64,000 nucleotides of DNA from a virus (taxonomy: Duplodnaviria > Caudoviricetes), in IMG/VR virus record IMGVR_UViG_3300025706_000021, positions 1 to 64,000 of that record; one strand, 5' to 3'. The position numbers and the translations under genes are program-made. The notes under the pieces are model-generated. The model searched no databases. It was not told the DNA's origin and saw nothing but the letters and a program-made list of their open reading frames with translations. Below, piece after piece: positions 28,398 through 37,764 of the stretch (positions are counted from its first letter, which is position 1; the number at the start of each line of letters is the position of its first letter).

Positions 28398-29975
28398 TTA
28401 TTTCGGAGACTTCTTGGCTTGCGCTTTCGAGGTTTCCTGTTTCATCACCCCACCCACCGTAGTTGCCGATCCTTCCGGTTTTGGCTTTCCTGTAGCTGGG
28501 TCGATTGCTTCTGGCTTTGGCGGCCATGTCTTGAGTTCAGCAATCATCTTCTTGCGCAAATCAGCCTTGAGTTGCGGGAATAGCTTGTCGATCAGGGATT
28601 CCATCTGCTGACGACGCACGCTCTCTGGTGCGGCAATCAGAGACAGTTGGTTTGCGATTCCGAATTCATCGTGAAGGCCGCGCACGTCGAAGTTGTCGGG
28701 GTAGGAAACAAGGTCGTCACTTACCGTTTCGCCAGACCACGCGGCAACAAACTTGCACAGCTTGTTCTCAATGTCTTCGAGTGAGTCAGCCTTCGCAGCG
28801 AGCAGTGAATTCACACGCTCGAAGTCGTAGGCTTTTGCGACACCAGACGAGTTGTCGATACCTTGGGAGTTGTCTTCCTTGGTACGCTCACCAGCCAGGC
28901 CGACCGTGTGGTAAATCTCATTCACGATCTTCGAGATCACCGCCAGGATGACCTCCGCCTGCTTTACGTCAGGGCTGATGTACTCGGGCTTGCCGCCACC
29001 TTCGCCATCGAAGGTGAATGCGCGCTTGGTGCCCATTTCAATCAGCTTGTCGTATCCGGTTTCGCCAGGAACAAGCCCTTGCGCCGGAATGACCAACTGA
29101 CTGAAGGTTTGATCCTGAATGATGGCATCCAGGTTCGAAAGGTAGTTCGCAACGGCGCGGTCGAGATATGCGACATCATCGATCAGCGACGGTGAGGTGT
29201 ATTGCTCGTCAGAGCAGATTGTGTTATTCGCGGCGAAGACAGGCACGAATCCGAGATCGTGGGTGTAAGGCCCATCTACCTCGATGGTGACTTTTTGACC
29301 GTTTTTGTTCGCGGTGAATAGCGTCCAGGTGTCGCGTTCCCAAAGACGATAGCGATCAATCATCTTTCCGCTTGATGTGATCGGGTCTTCGTCATCGCGA
29401 ACCTGCTCATGAATCAGAATCCAGTTCAGTTCGCCTTCGTCGTCATACGACATATCAAGCGCATGCTCCGGCGTGACGATGTACGAATAGGTGCGGGCAA
29501 TGCCGTCCTTCTCGTCTGCCTTGGATACAACTTTCGGGGTCTCGCCCTCTTCCGTCTCGCCAGTTCTGGTGCTATCGACAACAACCCACACGCGCCCATA
29601 GGTGGAGGCGCGATTCGACACGCGCTTCGCGTAATCCTGGATCGACATCTTGTTCAGGGTCGCTTCTTTCCAGAACTTCTTGACCGACTCGGGGGAATCT
29701 TCCGAGCGCTTGATTTCCATCTTGAAGATGTACTTATCGACCAGATCCACTACCTCGCGGGTGTGGTTGAATCGATATGCGCGCTCGACGCGATCCTTGT
29801 ATTCCTTATCGCCTTCCTTGATGTAGCGGAAGATGTTTTTGTCGAACCACTCGCGACCACCCTCATAGCAGTCCTCCAGAAACTCCCAATGCGGCAAGGT
29901 TTCTGTGTACTCAGGGTGACGGCGCTCAAGAAACTTCTTGAGCATTCTCTGATTGGCTTCTTCGGACGATTTCAT
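28398..29975 (-). CDS. Portal protein
   Basis: ~525 aa after terminase; HDLGFVPV, DVAYLDRAVANYLS, SGVAKAYDF, VSYPDNFDV. Confidence 0.88.
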   Translation of the reverse strand: MKSSEEANQRMLKKFLERRHPEYTETLPHWEFLEDCYEGGREWFDKNIFRYIKEGDKEYKDRVERAYRFNHTREVVDLVDKYIFKMEIKRSEDSPESVKKFWKEATLNKMSIQDYAKRVSNRASTYGRVWVVVDSTRTGETEEGETPKVVSKADEKDGIARTYSYIVTPEHALDMSYDDEGELNWILIHEQVRDDEDPITSSGKMIDRYRLWERDTWTLFTANKNGQKVTIEVDGPYTHDLGFVPVFAANNTICSDEQYTSPSLIDDVAYLDRAVANYLSNLDAIIQDQTFSQLVIPAQGLVPGETGYDKLIEMGTKRAFTFDGEGGGKPEYISPDVKQAEVILAVISKIVNEIYHTVGLAGERTKEDNSQGIDNSSGVAKAYDFERVNSLLAAKADSLEDIENKLCKFVAAWSGETVSDDLVSYPDNFDVRGLHDEFGIANQLSLIAAPESVRRQQMESLIDKLFPQLKADLRKKMIAELKTWPPKPEAIDPATGKPKPEGSATTVGGVMKQETSKAQAKKSPK

Positions 29976-30013
29976 TTGCGGAATATACCTCACGGGTGAC
30001 TTACTTGCAAGCC

Positions 30014-31264
30014 TTATATTGACACGCCAGCAATTTCAATTTTACGAACCGGGAACTGGTAGTGAATGCAGTAACCAAGGGCATCGCCGCTGTGTTCGAC
30101 ATCTGCATCCTTGTCGATCTCACGGCACCCTTTCTTGTAGATCGTCTGCTCAAGCGAAGCGATCAGGTGACGACACTTTGGGTCGATATACAAGCGAATC
30201 TTCCCATCAGCAGCCTTGAGCATGCGATTGACCGCATTGACGCGATCAGCAATGGGCGGGTGCTTGCGGTGAAAGCGCTGTTTCTTGAATCCACGCTCCC
30301 TGAAGATGTCCAGGTCAGACTCCCCGCGCGCATGCTGACGATAAGCACCGGCAGGGTCAGGGAACAGAAACACGTTGTCGATGTTGCGCCAATATCTACG
30401 CTCAAGCTCGTCGCAAACCTCTTCCGTGTTCGATCCGCGCAGCACGATTTCATCGACCACCCAAACGCTTCCATCTTCTTGCGGCTGAATGATGACGCTC
30501 GACATTGGGTCAATGTTGAAGTCTTGCCCTGTCCAGATCGGCAACTGCGGATTGAACGGGCAGTTCCTTACGTGGATCTTGCGATCAAACGGGTGATACA
30601 CGCGGCCAGACATCGTTTCGAACGATGCGTTGAATTCCTGGTTGAAGCTCTTCTCGTCCATGTCGTGCATCGCTGCCTCGACTTCCTCGCGTGGAATGAA
30701 CGGAGAGGTCATCGTCGGGAACTGCCAGGACATCCATTTACCGGCGAGAATGTTCTCGGGTTTTTGCCCGAGTACATAAAGCTCGTACAGAAAGTTGTAT
30801 GCCTTTGGCGTTCCGATGAATAGCGCATGCCCGCCCGTAGATGCGAGCGTCGGACGCAAAACCTTCGACCACGCTTCTGGATCGATGTCTTGTACTTCAT
30901 CCATCACAAGAAAGTGGATACCGACACCACGCAGGGAGTCGGGATTATCTGCACCCTTGAGTTCGATGCGTGTGCCATTCACCAGCTTAACGGAGAGCGT
31001 CGTCTCATTGATCTTCGCAATCCAGCGACGCGGAATAGCCGCGATCAACTCGGGCCACATAATCTGCTTCGCCATGCGATACGACGGCGCAACATACCAA
31101 ATCAAGCGATTCTTGATTCGGGCATATTTGAGAATGCTGATCTTCGAAAGCTGTGTCTTGCCCCAGCGACGACCGGCGACGACGACCTTAAAGCGCGAGC
31201 GCGCCTTGAAGACCTCCATCTGGCGCTGGTGAAGAAACAGGTGAGAAGACAAAATCGGAGTCAT
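30014..31264 (-). CDS. terL: Terminase large subunit
   Basis: VAGRRWGKT Walker A, LRGVGIHFLVMDE Walker B, GQDFN nuclease motif, HSGDALGY. Confidence 0.95.
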   Translation of the reverse strand: MTPILSSHLFLHQRQMEVFKARSRFKVVVAGRRWGKTQLSKISILKYARIKNRLIWYVAPSYRMAKQIMWPELIAAIPRRWIAKINETTLSVKLVNGTRIELKGADNPDSLRGVGIHFLVMDEVQDIDPEAWSKVLRPTLASTGGHALFIGTPKAYNFLYELYVLGQKPENILAGKWMSWQFPTMTSPFIPREEVEAAMHDMDEKSFNQEFNASFETMSGRVYHPFDRKIHVRNCPFNPQLPIWTGQDFNIDPMSSVIIQPQEDGSVWVVDEIVLRGSNTEEVCDELERRYWRNIDNVFLFPDPAGAYRQHARGESDLDIFRERGFKKQRFHRKHPPIADRVNAVNRMLKAADGKIRLYIDPKCRHLIASLEQTIYKKGCREIDKDADVEHSGDALGYCIHYQFPVRKIEIAGVSI

Positions 31265-31911
31265 CAGTCTTCCTCGACTCGATCTTCCTCGTTCAAGTCC
31301 TTCATTAGCTCTTCGTCGCCAAGCGGGTCATTCAGACCAAGCTCGTCATCTGCCATGAGTGAACGCTGGTGCAGTTCTTCGATGTCTTGTGCGGTGAGTT
31401 CCTGAACAACAAGCTCCGGCAGCGGCTTGTCTTCGTTTTCGTCTTCAGGACGAATTCCAAGCAGGATGTACTTTTCTTCACGCACCATCTTGAAGATGCG
31501 CGTGCCCATTTCGAGCGCCTTGAGGTCTGTCGCAATGGTGGCGAAAGCGCGATTCTCGGCCTTTGCGCGGCGAATCGTGTCCCACGTCAGTTTGCCGATC
31601 ACATCGATGTATCGAAACTGCTCCTCCTTGCTGTCCTTAATTCGCTTCGCGAGAATGGTCGCATCATCAACAAGCAGCTTATCGACTGCCTCTTTGACCT
31701 TTGCCTCTGTAGCGGCTTTATCGGAACCCTTCTCGATCCCACTTTCCTTGAATAGACGCAGGAAGGTGGTGCGATCACGCTTAAAGCGAATCGCCAGGTC
31801 ATCGACAGTTACCGTTCCAGATTTCCAGAGAGTTATCGCTTCGGCCTTCTCGGCAGCCGTCAGGTGTCGAACCCGTGCGCGCTTTTTCTCCGGCTTTGTT
31901 TCTTCAGCCAT
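31264..31911 (-). CDS. Probable terminase small subunit
   Basis: N-terminal HTH-like segment; TGATG coupling to terL. Confidence 0.6.
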   Translation of the reverse strand: MAEETKPEKKRARVRHLTAAEKAEAITLWKSGTVTVDDLAIRFKRDRTTFLRLFKESGIEKGSDKAATEAKVKEAVDKLLVDDATILAKRIKDSKEEQFRYIDVIGKLTWDTIRRAKAENRAFATIATDLKALEMGTRIFKMVREEKYILLGIRPEDENEDKPLPELVVQELTAQDIEELHQRSLMADDELGLNDPLGDEELMKDLNEEDRVEED

Positions 31912-31926
31912 TGTCTTTTCCTAGAC

Positions 31927-31956
31927 AAAAAAATGGACGCGAAGTGGTCGCGTCCA
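31927..31956 (-). terminator. Intrinsic terminator in the leader of the terminase operon
   Basis: TGGACGCGA/TCGCGTCCA 9-bp stem plus T7 on minus. Confidence 0.75.
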
Positions 31957-31990
31957 GGATCGGAGGAGAACTACCATGCAACAGGGCAGG

Positions 31991-32019
31991 ACTGTATCCT
32001 ACTTCCGCAACATTGTCAA
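31991..32019 (-). promoter_or_regulatory. Sigma70-type promoter of the packaging operon
   Basis: TTGACA-17 bp-TACAGT on minus; -35 overlapped by an AGTCA-N4-TGACT-type site. Confidence 0.6.
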
Positions 32020-32347
32020 TCAGTCGTGACTTACCATTGAAGCGGAACAAATCCCCTCCCGCGACCTTCGTTGAAAATTCCTGAAGAACAGGAAACTGGT
32101 GAAATAATGACATTGACAACCTTATAGAATTTTATGAATATGGAATGCAAAAATCTCTCTTTACTCCCGCGATCTGCTTGAAAAACAGTAAGTTAGAGAG
32201 ATTTTGGCGTTTACTTGGGAAGTTTTTGCATTCCCCTATATATATACACCCTTCAACTTCTTTACTTCTTAACTTTGTAAAACTCAAAATGTGAAAATTT
32301 ATGCAGAATGTATAATGTTGAAAACTTCCCAAGTAAGCTCCGGGTGA

Positions 32348-32677
32348 CTATATGTCCAGGTGCGAAAGCTCCATGTCTTCGATATAGGACGGATCGTGGT
32401 ATCCCATCATCTGCATGGCGACACGGGAGGGAATCAAGATCGTTCGCCTGGCACCCCTTCGCTTCTCATGGTCTTTGGTCAGCAGTCGGTGATTGACGAG
32501 GGCGCGGATCGAGAACTGCATCGAAGCCTTCGTTGTGTGGTAGGCGATTCGTTCCAGTAATTCATCGAGATCACATGGAATGAGTTTCCCGTTTTCGTCT
32601 TTCCCGTTTCCGTGGCATAGCACGGTCAGAATCTTGTATTGCTTGTCGGTAAGCCCGCGTGCTGTATTTACGCTCAT
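32348..32677 (-). CDS. Winged-helix-like DNA-binding protein
   Basis: LTDKQYKILTVL...SMQFSIRALVNHRLL...RRGARR pattern. Confidence 0.55.
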   Translation of the reverse strand: MSVNTARGLTDKQYKILTVLCHGNGKDENGKLIPCDLDELLERIAYHTTKASMQFSIRALVNHRLLTKDHEKRRGARRTILIPSRVAMQMMGYHDPSYIEDMELSHLDI

Positions 32678-33594
32678 TTCAGAGCCTCCAAGTTGAGTGG
32701 TTCATTTGGTAGTTGATTGTCGAATGCAAGAATTGGGAGACGGCGCGGTAGTTCCCTGTCAATGTCGGGGTTCTGGAAGATCCAGTAGATTGTCGCCCCG
32801 AAGACAATCTGTGCCGTCTGTCGAACGATGTATCCGATGTCCAGGGAATTCACACGCGACATCCCGAGATCCATCTTGTCGCCAGACTTCTCCATAGCGC
32901 TGTTCTTCTGGTAGAACTCTCTCAGCTTTCTCTCCATCACCGCGCGAACACCATCAGGCATAGCTGCAAGCTCTTGCAAGACCGCCGTTTGATCGCAGGG
33001 GTGGGAGACGAAGTTCGCTTTGAAGAAATCAATTCCAACCTCAAGCGCGTTCGCTGGCTTCGGTTTGATGAACTTCATCCCGGCCTTGATTGAGAATGGG
33101 TTGAATCGCCCCATTGAGGAATTCGACTCGACAACGCGAATGCCCTTGTCAGCGCAGTACATGCGGTAGGCAAGATTCTTGAAGCGATACGCAATGCCAG
33201 CGGATCGGAACATCGTGTCAAGCACGGTGCGGTTGTTCCAGGTCATGAACTTGTTGATCTGCTGCATGCGGCGCTTGTTCATGATTGTCGTGTCGCGCCC
33301 GCCGCCCTGATTTGGCTTCATGTGAGGGAAAACCTCGTTGCGCCCCTTGTTGAGTGGCATCGGGTTCGAGAAAACCATGATCCCGATCAACTGACGCTCG
33401 CCAGCATGCTCATAGACGCATCGCATGAACCTTGGCCCTGCGGCGAGGTTGTGGCCCTTGTAGTGAAGCTCACAGAGGGCTTCCCAATCGCTTTTGTCGC
33501 CCCATTCGACATAGATGTGGTCAAGCAGGGACAGCTTGTGCTTTCCGGCGTCCTTGTTGCGAACGATTCTTGTTTGTTCGATTTCGTAGCTCAC
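32674..33594 (-). CDS. GNAT/Mom-like acyltransferase (predicted)
   Basis: LHYKGH...NRTVLDTMFRSAGIAYRF resembles GNAT motif A; MGRFNPFSIKAGM. Confidence 0.55.
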   Translation of the reverse strand: MSYEIEQTRIVRNKDAGKHKLSLLDHIYVEWGDKSDWEALCELHYKGHNLAAGPRFMRCVYEHAGERQLIGIMVFSNPMPLNKGRNEVFPHMKPNQGGGRDTTIMNKRRMQQINKFMTWNNRTVLDTMFRSAGIAYRFKNLAYRMYCADKGIRVVESNSSMGRFNPFSIKAGMKFIKPKPANALEVGIDFFKANFVSHPCDQTAVLQELAAMPDGVRAVMERKLREFYQKNSAMEKSGDKMDLGMSRVNSLDIGYIVRQTAQIVFGATIYWIFQNPDIDRELPRRLPILAFDNQLPNEPLNLEALK

Positions 33595-34007
33595 GTCTTT
33601 TCCAGTCTTTTGGAGAGGTTGCGCGCACGTTCTAAAGCTCCCTCGATTGCCTTGAGAAGCTGATCTGTCGTAAGGTGAATGTACGATTCGGGCTGATCGC
33701 GCTTGTCGGACAGAACCGTCCTTGGCTCATTTGCGAACCTGAAGCGCCTGGAAAGAACGTGTTCGTAAAACCATATCGAACCGGCAATACCAGCAGCACC
33801 GCCCGCAGCGCAGACAACAAACGCTTGCCACGTACCAGCGGCGGCATACTTTACGAACGTGAAGTTCGCTGTAGAAATGCCGATGCTGGTTATGATCGCG
33901 GCGATATAGCGCCCGGCAATGACGTTCTTCGACTGTAGTCCGAGCAGGAAGACCATCGCGAAACTTGCGACGTACATCAGCCCATAGTCGGCGAGCGTAT
34001 GCGTCAT
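33591..34007 (-). CDS. Membrane protein
   Basis: Three hydrophobic segments in the N-terminal half. Confidence 0.6.
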   Translation of the reverse strand: MTHTLADYGLMYVASFAMVFLLGLQSKNVIAGRYIAAIITSIGISTANFTFVKYAAAGTWQAFVVCAAGGAAGIAGSIWFYEHVLSRRFRFANEPRTVLSDKRDQPESYIHLTTDQLLKAIEGALERARNLSKRLEKT

Positions 34008-34116
34008 GCCGTTACTGCGCCAGGTGGCGGCGGCAGATCATCATCGCCTGGGTAATGCCAGATCGTGAAGAGGAAGAAGGTTGCGATTAGGATCATCACT
34101 TCGCGAACTGCCTTTC

Positions 34117-34386
34117 TCACTTGATGACCTCCCATTTGCGCAGGTAGTTTTCACACATTGCTTCGCCCTGTGCGCCAACAAATGCGTTGGTCTTTTCGCC
34201 GTCTTTGTTCAGACAAATGACGGTAGGGACGGTGCGAATGCCATAGCGCTCGAATTCAGCTTGCGTTTCGGCGGACGCCTCGACAACTCGAAGTTCGAAT
34301 CCGTGCATTTCTTGCAGGCGCATAAGCGTCGGCTTGAGTTGGCGGCACGGGATACAGGTTGGGCTGGTAAAAATCACTACTTTCAT
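34117..34386 (-). CDS. Thioredoxin/glutaredoxin-like protein
   Basis: CIPC active site; YGIRTVPT. Confidence 0.88.
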   Translation of the reverse strand: MKVVIFTSPTCIPCRQLKPTLMRLQEMHGFELRVVEASAETQAEFERYGIRTVPTVICLNKDGEKTNAFVGAQGEAMCENYLRKWEVIK

Positions 34387-35105
34387 TACATCACCTTCAG
34401 GAGCATTTCGTTGAGTTCATCACGGGTAACTTGTCGTTCCGCGACCTTTTGTGCGGCACTTTCAACCGCCTCGATGCGCAGCTTTTCGCGGTAGCGCTTT
34501 TCGATGTAGAGATCAGGCCCAAGGTCTTGAACCATGTCTGTGTGCGTCGTTGCGACGATCAGCGTAGCCCCGGCCTTGCGCGCGGTCTTTTGAACCGAGT
34601 AGGCAATGACCTTCGCTGCGGTGCGGTCAAGAACGGCCATGAATTCGTCTGCAACCCACACGTCCGCCTTCGTCTCGATTGCCTTCGCAAGTCGGAATCG
34701 ATAGCGCTGGCCGTCAGACAGTTCGCTCGGGCGGCGAACATACAGGTAGGCATCGTTGATGCCAGCTTGGGCAAGCAGGCGAATCGCGTCGTTCGTGTTT
34801 GTTCCGATCTGGTCGATCAGAGGGCGGCTGTTGTCGATCTCGACGTGATCCAGGTTGATGACCTTCTTGCCGCGCTCAGACATCTGTCGTTCGAGATCCT
34901 TGAGCAACAGGGACTTGCCGGAACCAGACTGCCCTGTGATGTAGACGACATCGCCCTGCCTCACTTCGAGTTCCAGGTTGTCGAAGATGACGAATTCCTT
35001 GTCGTCCAGGCCGATCCCGAAGGACTCTGCAACTTCCAGGATGCGCGAAGAGCGGGCAACGTGCGTTTTGAATCGCTTGTCGATAACATACAAATTTTCA
35101 GACAT
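34386..35105 (-). CDS. ABC-family ATPase with no permease partner
   Basis: GQSGSGKS Walker A, LSDGQRYR signature, WVADEF Walker B, VATTH; start at MSENLY. Confidence 0.88.
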   Translation of the reverse strand: MSENLYVIDKRFKTHVARSSRILEVAESFGIGLDDKEFVIFDNLELEVRQGDVVYITGQSGSGKSLLLKDLERQMSERGKKVINLDHVEIDNSRPLIDQIGTNTNDAIRLLAQAGINDAYLYVRRPSELSDGQRYRFRLAKAIETKADVWVADEFMAVLDRTAAKVIAYSVQKTARKAGATLIVATTHTDMVQDLGPDLYIEKRYREKLRIEAVESAAQKVAERQVTRDELNEMLLKVM

Positions 35106-35751
35106 TTGCTTTCTCCATTGCTCTTCTTGCGGATTGCGCGGCACGCATTCTTGCTCTTGTTTCATCTGTAATTGGTGGTCTGGTTGTTCCGGTTTTCCCG
35201 CGAGATATTGCAGCGCACTCTTCAGGCGTGCGCTTGCGACCGCGATGGGCATTTCCTATTGCTAAACGCTGTTCTCTTGGCATTTCTTTTCCTGCGTGTG
35301 CCTGAGATAACGCATGTCTTGTATGCTCACCAACGATGCGACCCCTCATTAGCTCCTTTGCTTCTTCGGTATGTTTGTATCCGGTATTTGCTCTGGATAA
35401 TCGCTCTTTTGTCTCGTCAGTATGTTTGTACCCAATCGTGCTTCCTGCGATTTTTAGAATATTGAATCCCGTCTCTACAGGGTTAAATTCATCAATAAAT
35501 TTTTGCTCCGTCTCGATAAGCATTTCTCGCACGCAGTATTTCAGAATGACAAATTCAAATGAATCCTCCCCATATTTGCTCCACGAGTTCTGCAATTTTG
35601 GGTTTGGGTGAATCCCGCTTCTAAGTTTTCGGAAATGCTCGCGCTTTCGTCTTGATAAATTAACCGCGCTCCCGATGTATATCTTTCCGCTATCTTTGTG
35701 TTTAATTGCGTAGATTCCTGATCGCTTGTCGATTAGGTAGATGTCGCTCAC
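35098..35751 (-). mobile_element. Free-standing GIY-YIG homing endonuclease with NUMOD3 repeats
   Basis: GIYAIK...KIYIGSA; HTDETKERLS and HTEEAKE; AT-richer than flanks. Confidence 0.9.
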
Positions 35752-35833
35752 GGTTTCGGCCCCTTTGACACGGCGATGATGAACACAAGCGAAAGTGCAA
35801 ACGGGGCAAGCAGCATTGTCATAAGCAGGAATG

Positions 35834-36190
35834 TCATTGCTTTTCCTTGAATGTCAGCAAGCTCTGCCACCAGGCAACAGCATTTGGGTTGTCCTGCCAA
35901 AATGCACACAGACCGTTCGCACCCTTGGTGGTGTATTCCTCTTCCGGGTCGTCTGGCGATTCGCCGCAGCAATGCCACCAGTGAATGCCGTGCAGCACTT
36001 CATGGATGAATGTGTTCGCCAGGTTTTGTGGCGTCATGCCAGGTCGCAGGCGAATCTTTTGGTTGATTGGGTTCATGTGACCGAACGCACCGTCTGCTTC
36101 TGCGTCCTCAAATTCATGAACCTCGACGCGGAACTGATAGCAGCCGATACGAACCGTCTTTGGGACATTCTTGTAATGTTGGTCACGCAT
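35834..36190 (-). CDS. HExxH-motif phage protein
   Basis: TFIHEVLHGI. Confidence 0.6.
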   Translation of the reverse strand: MRDQHYKNVPKTVRIGCYQFRVEVHEFEDAEADGAFGHMNPINQKIRLRPGMTPQNLANTFIHEVLHGIHWWHCCGESPDDPEEEYTTKGANGLCAFWQDNPNAVAWWQSLLTFKEKQ

Positions 36191-36863
36191 GACTGATTTC
36201 TCCGACAAGGCGCTTGATGAATTCCATAAATGCCTCTTCGCCCGTGCGGGTGCCGCTCTCTGCTTCCAGTTGAGCCATGAAGCGATTGATGTAGATCAGG
36301 TCGGAACCATTCACTTCCTTGAAGCCAAGCGCCTTCGCGATTGCAACGCGCTTGCTTCCCGACGCCTCAATCTTCTCGTTGGTGTTCGCTTGCTGCTCGT
36401 CCATCACCGTGTCGAGATCGCCAACGAATACGTCTTCGTTGATCGTCATGATGTCAGCCACCGCAAAGTCGAGTTCCTTCTTGTCGAAGATGTCGCCGAG
36501 CAAGTCGCTGCCGATGTCGCCGAGATCGATCAGTTCTTCCTGGAGGATGTCGTTGTCGAGATCACCGATTGCAGCACGGTTGTCCGCCAGGCGGAACGCG
36601 CGCGCCTCTTCCGCGCTCATGTCATCAACCACGACGACAGGAACGTGCTTCAAACCAAGCTCGATAGAAGCAAGGCGACGACCGTGCCCTGCGATGATTA
36701 CGCCAAAAGAATCGACAATGATCGGATTGCCTCGCCAGCCAAATTTGCGAATTGACGCAGCGGTGCGGGCAACCTGTTCCTTGCTGTGCTTTTTGGCATT
36801 CAGCGGGTACGGGTAGATGGTGGTGATGTCACGCAGCACGGGCTGCTTGTTATCGATATTCAT
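36183..36863 (-). CDS. ParB/Srx N-terminal domain protein
   Basis: YPLNAKKH, SIRKFGW, IIAGHGRRLA, FRLADNR. Confidence 0.85.
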   Translation of the reverse strand: MNIDNKQPVLRDITTIYPYPLNAKKHSKEQVARTAASIRKFGWRGNPIIVDSFGVIIAGHGRRLASIELGLKHVPVVVVDDMSAEEARAFRLADNRAAIGDLDNDILQEELIDLGDIGSDLLGDIFDKKELDFAVADIMTINEDVFVGDLDTVMDEQQANTNEKIEASGSKRVAIAKALGFKEVNGSDLIYINRFMAQLEAESGTRTGEEAFMEFIKRLVGEISHA

Positions 36864-37039
36864 GCTGCGATTTTCCAATCTTTGTGGATTCTGATTCTTG
36901 GGAGCTTTCGCTCCCCCTTTTCCTGCATTAGTGCGCCTGGGTCGTCAGGCTCCCACTGATCTGCGTCATTGCATTCGTCGCAAATAGCCTCTTCGACGTG
37001 GTAGAACGCGCAGCTTTCGCAATCGGGGAAGCGTGCCAT
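36860..37039 (-). CDS. Small CxxC-x9-CxxC protein (not in ORF track)
   Basis: MARFPDCESCAFYHVEEAICDECND..., 59 aa, coupled at both ends (TAATG, ATGA). Confidence 0.55.
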   Translation of the reverse strand: MARFPDCESCAFYHVEEAICDECNDADQWEPDDPGALMQEKGERKLPRIRIHKDWKIAA

Positions 37040-37686
37040 TACTTGATTCCCTTGAGCAGATGAACCAGTGCGTTGCCCGCGTTGGTCATCGAGTCGTCGT
37101 CCGTGAAGTTCTGCGTCTTCATCGTCAGTTCGATCAGCTTTTGAATGAAGTCAGAGTCCTCAACAGGAATCTTGAAACGCATGATCTGGTGCGTCGCGGT
37201 TCCCTTCATTTCGGGCAGGCGCGGGATCGTTCCGTCATCTTCGGGAATATCCAGGTCTGTGAGGTCTATACTTGATGCAGAGAACAGGTGTTCGAGTTCG
37301 TCGCCCGAGTAGGGCATGAAGCTGAGAATTTCGCTTGTATCGCCAAGATCCTTCAATAGCTCTGCCAGCGAAAGCGGGTCATCTTCACCATATCGACCGT
37401 TATCGACCAGCCCGATCTCTTTTGCCTTCTGATCGGTGATGCTGCCGAGGTCGATTACAGGAATGGAGGTGTGCCCCATGCGCTTAGCGACAGACCATCG
37501 ATGTTCGCCACCGATGATTTCAAGCATGCCGTCAGGCAATCTGCGGGCAAGAATCGGGCGGAAGAATTCGAGACGCTTCAGTGAGGCTTCGATCTTCTGT
37601 TCGTTTTCTGGTGTTACGACATTCGTGTTCCAGGGATTCGGCTTGAGCGAATCGATTGGAGCATCGATCATTTTCAACATGGTCAT
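37039..37686 (-). CDS. Second ParB/Srx N-terminal domain protein
   Basis: LKPNPWNTN, EIIGGEHRW, LVDNGRYG. Confidence 0.85.
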   Translation of the reverse strand: MTMLKMIDAPIDSLKPNPWNTNVVTPENEQKIEASLKRLEFFRPILARRLPDGMLEIIGGEHRWSVAKRMGHTSIPVIDLGSITDQKAKEIGLVDNGRYGEDDPLSLAELLKDLGDTSEILSFMPYSGDELEHLFSASSIDLTDLDIPEDDGTIPRLPEMKGTATHQIMRFKIPVEDSDFIQKLIELTMKTQNFTDDDSMTNAGNALVHLLKGIK

Positions 37687-37764
37687 GCTTTCATTTGGCC
37701 TTATAGTTCGATAGAATACTAAGTCACGGCTGACTTTAGCAGAGAATAGGGTATAAGGCAATAA

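Noticed and set aside
34386-35105. ABC transporter system
   Set aside because: No permease or substrate-binding genes; context is DNA packaging and modification.
36183-37686. Classical ParABS partition locus
   Set aside because: No ParA Walker-type ATPase adjacent and only the ParB/Srx N-terminal domain is recognisable.
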